64,000 nucleotides of DNA, taken from Candidatus Zambryskiibacteriota bacterium. Lineage in GTDB: Bacteria > Patescibacteriota > Minisyncoccia > Phycocordibacterales > DATDWN01. Shown one piece after another: positions 58,759 through 64,000 of this stretch. Each line of letters begins with the position of its first letter. Position 1 is the first letter of the stretch. The DNA lies in NCBI GenBank assembly GCA_023267045.1, contig JAHFOB010000001.1, forward strand, positions 9,593-73,592, written 5' to 3'. The notes beneath the pieces are model-generated. The model was not told the origin of the DNA, searched no databases, and was given only the letters and a program-made list of their open reading frames with translations. The translations under genes were made by a program, and so were the position numbers.

Positions 58759-59187
58759 ATGACAATACCATCACCGGACGAGAAACTTCCAGAAAGTCCA
58801 ATACCATTGACCGCTGTTGAAATTCCACAACCTGAAGAACCGCCAGAAGCGAAACCTTTTCTGATATCTTTCGAAAAGTATAACGATAAGGAGTGCCAGC
58901 TAGACGGAATGGAGAGCAAAATGGCTAAAAAAGCTTTTAAAACTATTCGTGATATTGGTGTAAATATAAGAGACGAAAGCGATTTTGGTAAATATTTACC
59001 AAAATTAGAAGTTGTCCCTATAGAAAATAGTGGAGATTACAGAAAATTATACAAAGGACTAACAGATATGCCAGATGTTGAAGTGAAAGAAGCAAAAATT
59101 GATCGTCATACAGGTCGATTATTCTTTTTCTTGGTAGGTAAAATTTTTCATATTATCGCGGTAAGAGAAAGTCATTACCAAACATAA
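58759..59187 (+). CDS. Putative toxin partner of Panacea antitoxin
   Basis: 3 bp downstream of antitoxin; C-terminal GRLFFF...FHIIAV...H suggests a RelE-like beta sheet. Confidence 0.55.
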   Translation: MTIPSPDEKLPESPIPLTAVEIPQPEEPPEAKPFLISFEKYNDKECQLDGMESKMAKKAFKTIRDIGVNIRDESDFGKYLPKLEVVPIENSGDYRKLYKGLTDMPDVEVKEAKIDRHTGRLFFFLVGKIFHIIAVRESHYQT

Positions 59188-59373
59188 AAAGCACAGCAGT
59201 TTACTTGTAGCCTCGGACATATTCCGTTTTGGGCGTCGTCACATAACTACAAAATGATACATTACCACTAGCGCAAAGGAATGTCTGAGGCGAATGATTA
59301 TGTTAGAGTAAAGATATAGGTAGGTAGTACAGTAGTTTGAATTCCGTCAGTTTCTCCCTTTAAGGAGAAACCC

Positions 59374-59597
59374 GCCCGAGAACCAATCGCCCATTCCGAA
59401 AAAAGAAATCCCGCGCAAAACAGATTTAGGATTGGAAGCGATGGGTGCGAGGGCGGACACGGTAAGGCAGAAGCGGAAGAACACGCTTTCCAGCGTGTTC
59501 TGGAGCGGATGCCGAGCCGTGACGGAATTCATTGTCAGATTCACCACTTAAACAGTTTTAATGAAATAAGTTCGAGCGAAGTCGTAAAGACACACCA
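59374..59597 (-). repeat. 224-bp inverted repeat, right copy (arm adjoining attR)
   Basis: Reverse complement of 56344-56567, ends inside att core. Confidence 0.95.
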
Positions 59598-59650
59598 TAA
59601 TCAAAAACCATCCTGAGTTTATCGAAGGATGGTTTTTTGATTGCGGTGCC
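59593..59650. terminator. Bidirectional hairpin, probably the original tRNA-Phe terminator
   Basis: caccataatcaaaaaccatcc / ggatggttttttgattgcggtg. Confidence 0.75.
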
Positions 59651-59663
59651 AAATATGGAAGTT

Positions 59664-60140
59664 CTACCCCTTAACCTTTAGTCTTGTTTGTCTATTTTTA
59701 TCTATCTTTGGTAGACGTATTATAAGCAGTCCATGTTTTTCCACAGCATCTGCTTCATCCACTTGGACTTCGGCTGGGAGCATAATAGTTCTTGAAAATG
59801 AACCCCAGTAGAGTTCCTGGTGAAAATAGTCCTCATCTTTTACAAATCTTTCCGTCTCTCGCTTGCCTTTTATCGTAACAACATCACGAGTAATAGAAAT
59901 ATCCAAATCTTCTGGTTTTACACCAGCAACCATGCTTTTTATGACAATCTCCGAAGGTGTTTGATAGACGTCAACCGTCAATTCTCCTTCCGAAGCTTCT
60001 TCGTCAAACCAAGCTTCACCAGAAGGTGAAGTTTTGTCTTTACTAGGTAGTTTACTTACCGTAGGAGTCTCTTCTGTGTCATTTTCATCAACTCTGCTAC
60101 TACCAGTTAGCTTCTCAAAGAACGATCGGTTATCTTTCAT
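59664..60140 (-). CDS. Hsp20/alpha-crystallin small heat shock protein
   Basis: VDVYQT, AGVKPEDLDI, WGSFSRTIMLP, GLLIIRLPK. Confidence 0.93.
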   Translation of the reverse strand: MKDNRSFFEKLTGSSRVDENDTEETPTVSKLPSKDKTSPSGEAWFDEEASEGELTVDVYQTPSEIVIKSMVAGVKPEDLDISITRDVVTIKGKRETERFVKDEDYFHQELYWGSFSRTIMLPAEVQVDEADAVEKHGLLIIRLPKIDKNRQTRLKVKG

Positions 60141-60154
60141 TTTTATTTTATTTA

Positions 60155-60895
60155 TTAAATTATTTTTCTAGGTTCTGTATATTTGCTATTATCTTTGATA
60201 TGCTTTACTTTCTCAAAGAGTAACAATAGTATCACTATGCTTACCCAGACCATTCCGAATACAAAGAAAATATTTCCAGACGATTGCCTAATTATAAATA
60301 AATTGAACGTAGTATGCAACACCACTGCCATCAAAATACCGAATAAAGTGTAGAAAACTCGAGTTTTTCGATTTTTATAGTAGGACAGAGCCATACATAT
60401 ACCTATTGTGGCCGATGACATTGTGTGCAGTAGACTTGCACCGATAAATCGCAGATTGCCGTGTATTATAGTGTTAATAATCTCACCATTTTTTATTGGG
60501 TCTATTAAAAAAAGAGTGTTTTCAAATGTTACAAAACCTAGGGCTGACACAATAAGGTAGATTATGTCGTCTACGGGCTCATCTGCCAGAGCTTTGTTCC
60601 GCAAAGCTATGAACCATACAAAACCAAACTTAGCCAGCTCTTCTATCATTGCCCATAAAGTAAATGCTAGAGTTTCGTGGTCGTTTATATTATTGAAATA
60701 GTAGTAGATTTTTTCTTGAAGAGGCAAAGAAAACATAACAGCTACCATTCCGCCTAGAAATGCCAGCGTTATCATTTTTGATGGTTCATGGTGTCTATCT
60801 TCTTTGAGCCAAAACCAAAGCCAAATGAGCGCTGGGACTAGTCCAAGAATGAAAGCCAGTATAAACGGATATTCTTTTATAAAATCAAGGAACAT
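60155..60895 (-). CDS. prsW: PrsW family intramembrane metalloprotease
   Basis: EELAK, GFVTFEN, H and LHTTFN motifs. Confidence 0.9.
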   Translation of the reverse strand: MFLDFIKEYPFILAFILGLVPALIWLWFWLKEDRHHEPSKMITLAFLGGMVAVMFSLPLQEKIYYYFNNINDHETLAFTLWAMIEELAKFGFVWFIALRNKALADEPVDDIIYLIVSALGFVTFENTLFLIDPIKNGEIINTIIHGNLRFIGASLLHTMSSATIGICMALSYYKNRKTRVFYTLFGILMAVVLHTTFNLFIIRQSSGNIFFVFGMVWVSIVILLLLFEKVKHIKDNSKYTEPRKII

Positions 60896-60900
60896 ATTTT

Positions 60901-63009
60901 TTACTTAGGCCACATCGATATCATAAGCATCTCTTTTTCTTTGCCAGGAAGGTTTTGCCAGATTTCTTCTGTTATAAAAGGCATGAACGGGTGTAGTATC
61001 GTAAGGCAAGTTTCCAGAATATGAGTCAATGTATATTGTATCGATGAAACCACTTCAGGATCTTCACTTTTTAATTTTTCTTTTGATTGTTCTATTATTT
61101 TATCAGCAAATGTGTGCCAAACATAGTGATAAAGTTTTTCTGTAGCTAGATAAAATCTAAAGTTGTCCATATCACTTGTAACATCTTGAACTAAAAGATT
61201 TAGTTCATCGAGCGTAGTTTGGTCACTACTTTCGATTTTTCCGGGTCTTTTAGCATCCCAGTTTTCGGTATTTGATAATACAAATCTAGTTATGTTCCAA
61301 ATCTTATTAGCGAAAAGTTTATAAGCCTTAACTTTGCTTTCTTGCAGTGCTAGATCTGTTCCTGGCGTATTTCCGACAATGAGAGCCATTCGCAAAGCAT
61401 CTGTTCCGTATTTTGAAGTCAGATCGAGTGGATTTACGACATTACCTTTTGACTTACTCATTTTTTTACCTTTGGCGTCGTTTACAAGTCCATGAAGATA
61501 GACAGTATTGAAAGGTACTTTGCCAGAAAGATAGAGACCAAAAATGACCATACGTGGGACCCATTTGAAAATCAAGTCATGTCCAGTTTCCATAACGTCT
61601 GTCGGATAATACTTTTCAAAATCTTTTCCATCTGGGTAGCCGGTGACAAATAGTGGCCATTGCCCAGACGAGAACCATGTATCAAATGTGTCAGAGTCTT
61701 TTATCCAACCGTCACCTTCCGGTTTTTCTTTGCTTGCTGTAGCTTCATTTTCTTTGAGCCATGCTGGTATAGGTATACCCCAAACTATCTGACGAGAAAT
61801 ATTCCAATCTATTGTATTGTTCATCCAATATCTAAAGATTTTTTCGTAGTTATCAGGTATAAATTTCACTTCCCCTCTATCAACTGATTCCAGAGCTTTT
61901 TTTGCCAGAGGTTCCATTTTAACAAACCATTGATCTTTTATTTGAGGTTCGATTATTGTATTGCATTTGTAGCATCTTTTAACAACATTTTTATATTTGT
62001 CATCTATTTTTACAAGCAGTCCTTTTTCTTTCAATTTATCAACTATTTTTGGCCGAGCTTCTTTTATATTTATTCCAGCAAATTCTCCCGCAACAGGCAA
62101 AAGTTTCCCACGCCAGTCGATTATTTGTTCAACATCCAAGTTATATTTTTGAGCTAGCTCAAAATCCACCTGCGAATGCCATGGTGTGATAGTCATAACT
62201 CCCGTTCCAAACTCCATATCAACGACTGGGTCTTTTATGACAGTTGCTTCGATCGGGCCATTTATCCATTCGACCATCATTTTCTGTCCATGTTTATATT
62301 CGGAATATCTTTTGTCGTCTGGATGCATTACCACATATTTATCAGCAAATTTTGTTTCTGGCCTAACAGTTCCTATTTCAAATGGCCCGTATTTGAAATA
62401 ATAAAAAGGATTTATCTCTTCAACAGATTCAGTTTCAACTTCAGATAGGGAAGTCTGATGTTTTGAACACCAGTTCACAGTTCGTTTGCCTCTGTAAACT
62501 AAACCATCGTTATACATTTTTATAAACGTATCTTGAGTTTTTTTTACAATGTCTGGATCAAGTGTAAATTTTTCACGCGACCAATCACATGAAGCCCCAA
62601 GAGATCTGACTTGAGTCTCCATATTCTTTTTATTCTCTAAAGTAAAATCTAGAATTTCTTTGTATAAATCTTTTGGATCCATGCCAAATCTAGATCTCCC
62701 TTCTTTCTCAAGTTTCTTTTCATAAACAACTTGTGTTTCAAATCCAGCATGGTCTGCACCAGGAATCCAAAGACTTCTAAATCCCTGCATTCTTTTGAAA
62801 CGAGTCAGTATGTCTTCAATAGTTATAAACAAAGCATGTCCAGCATGGAGGTTGCCGTTTGCATTAGGTGGGGGCATAACTATTGTAAACGGTTCAGCTT
62901 TTGAGTTAGTGTTGTTGTCTGGACTAAAAAATCCACTGTTTTCCCACATACTGTAGATCCGATTTTCCGTATTTTCTGGTTTGTATGGGGATAAGAATAT
63001 TTCTTTCAT
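60901..63009 (-). CDS. valS: Valine-tRNA ligase, without the C-terminal coiled-coil arm
   Basis: PPPN..G.LHAGH, DHAG, DWNISRQIVWG, DTWFSS, KMSKS, LHPFMPFITEEIW; ends at WPK. Confidence 0.95.
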   Translation of the reverse strand: MKEIFLSPYKPENTENRIYSMWENSGFFSPDNNTNSKAEPFTIVMPPPNANGNLHAGHALFITIEDILTRFKRMQGFRSLWIPGADHAGFETQVVYEKKLEKEGRSRFGMDPKDLYKEILDFTLENKKNMETQVRSLGASCDWSREKFTLDPDIVKKTQDTFIKMYNDGLVYRGKRTVNWCSKHQTSLSEVETESVEEINPFYYFKYGPFEIGTVRPETKFADKYVVMHPDDKRYSEYKHGQKMMVEWINGPIEATVIKDPVVDMEFGTGVMTITPWHSQVDFELAQKYNLDVEQIIDWRGKLLPVAGEFAGINIKEARPKIVDKLKEKGLLVKIDDKYKNVVKRCYKCNTIIEPQIKDQWFVKMEPLAKKALESVDRGEVKFIPDNYEKIFRYWMNNTIDWNISRQIVWGIPIPAWLKENEATASKEKPEGDGWIKDSDTFDTWFSSGQWPLFVTGYPDGKDFEKYYPTDVMETGHDLIFKWVPRMVIFGLYLSGKVPFNTVYLHGLVNDAKGKKMSKSKGNVVNPLDLTSKYGTDALRMALIVGNTPGTDLALQESKVKAYKLFANKIWNITRFVLSNTENWDAKRPGKIESSDQTTLDELNLLVQDVTSDMDNFRFYLATEKLYHYVWHTFADKIIEQSKEKLKSEDPEVVSSIQYTLTHILETCLTILHPFMPFITEEIWQNLPGKEKEMLMISMWPK

Positions 63010-63108
63010 CCCGTTAGAGTTTTTCATAATCAATTTTTAATTTTAGTCTATATTTTGCGCGATAGATAATACATATCCACATTCGTTATAAGTAAAACTC
63101 TAACGGGA
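63009..63108 (-). mobile_element. 100-bp MITE-like element, copy 3, inserted in valS start codon
   Basis: 15-bp TIR; TTCA duplicated at 63005-63008 and 63109-63112 (TGAA on coding strand). Confidence 0.85.
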
Positions 63109-63399
63109 TTCATGTAATAAGATTAACATATAGACGTCGTAGTTAGTAGGTTTTGTTAAAAAAGACTATTTTCATATAAAGGACATAGCATATCGACTCT
63201 AAATCTAATGTCCTTTATAAGTCTTTTCTAAAATAAGTCGCAAAATAATGTCTTAATAGAATCTAAAGGACATCAATTTTGGCATAAAAGACAAATATTA
63301 AAATACAGCTCAGATTAGCCATATAATAAAAATCACTAAAATTTTCTAGCTATTGACGACATCGCAAAGCAAGTGTATCCTTTACGAACTAAAGTTTTT

Positions 63400-64000
63400 A
63401 TGATGAATTTTCTACGAATACAGAACAATAATTCTCTAGGCAAAAAAGGATTATTCTCTTTTATTGTTTTGACTCTACTTTTATCTACTTTTGGCGTTTT
63501 TCAAACGGCAAGAGCTACTACTGTTTCTACTTGCTTTAACCCAGACACACTAGGTAATAGTTCTAACCTAACTATTGGTCAGAGTTGGGATGATGGAGAT
63601 ATAGTAAATCTTCAAGATATACTAAACAGTCTCGGTTTTTCTATCGATACTGTAAACAATCAAACTCATTATCAAACATGGATTCCGACTACAAACAGTA
63701 CAACAATAAAAGTTAAAGCTCTTTCACACAATAGTGATTGGAAAGAAGTTTTTGGATATTTTCAAAATGGAACTTTTCACCCAATATATAAAACTACAGA
63801 TGGGACAATCGGATTTGAATCAACTCCACTTCTTAGTTCTGGAGGTCAGATTGATGTAACTATTTCTGGAACAGATATTGTTACTTTTGCAATGTATGTT
63901 TCCGACATTGATACTTTCAGATATACTCAAAATTCACTTAACAACCCAAATAGCGAATATTTTTCTGTTGTTTACAATGCAAATAATAGTAATGAAAGTT
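63400..64000 (+). CDS. 5' part of a secreted/surface protein, runs off window
   Basis: MMNFLRIQ...LFSFIVLTLLLSTFGVFQTARA signal peptide; frame appears open to the edge. Confidence 0.75.
   Translation, partial: MMNFLRIQNNNSLGKKGLFSFIVLTLLLSTFGVFQTARATTVSTCFNPDTLGNSSNLTIGQSWDDGDIVNLQDILNSLGFSIDTVNNQTHYQTWIPTTNSTTIKVKALSHNSDWKEVFGYFQNGTFHPIYKTTDGTIGFESTPLLSSGGQIDVTISGTDIVTFAMYVSDIDTFRYTQNSLNNPNSEYFSVVYNANNSNES

Larger units (their letters stand above)
54585..59602. mobile_element. 5-kb integrative island at the 3' end of tRNA-Phe
   Basis: CACCATAATC direct repeat at 54585-54594 and 59593-59602; serine recombinase; displaced terminator at right end. Confidence 0.85.

Noticed and set aside
59200-59310. 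Integron attC site
   Set aside because: A GTTAGAG is present but there are no properly paired R and L boxes and no tyrosine integrase

Overview
AT-rich bacterial window, code 11, most consistent with a Patescibacteria (Parcubacteria-like) chromosome; the taxonomy is inferred from gene content and style. 0.6-42 kb is one very large surface-glycan locus (GT4/GT2/GT-C glycosyltransferases, a DprE1/DprE2-like pair, GtrA, Wzx, AsnB, methyltransferases, RmlC/RmlD, O-antigen ligase-TPR). It is followed by secA, a CsoR-regulated copper operon, thiol-redox genes, tRNA-Arg(CCT), tRNA-Phe(GAA) with a 5-kb serine-recombinase island at its 3' end, hsp20, prsW and valS. Four non-obvious signals stand out. 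(1) A family of exactly 100-bp elements with TCCCGTTAGAG/CTCTAACGGGA termini sits inside ATG start codons with a 4-bp duplication, regenerates the ATG and carries a mini-ORF that may relay translation (3 full copies and 1 collapsed in-frame scar). A second palindromic family (CCCNGTAG...CTACNGGG) is inserted in frame into proteins. (2) The tRNA-Phe island has its att core inside the recombinase 3' end and carries a second, inverted attP-like site plus a perfect 224-bp inverted repeat. (3) An unannotated ~210-nt structured RNA has its own promoter and terminator. (4) A second, orphan in-frame SEC-C tail lies behind secA. All calls were made by eye from the sequence; no database searches were run.
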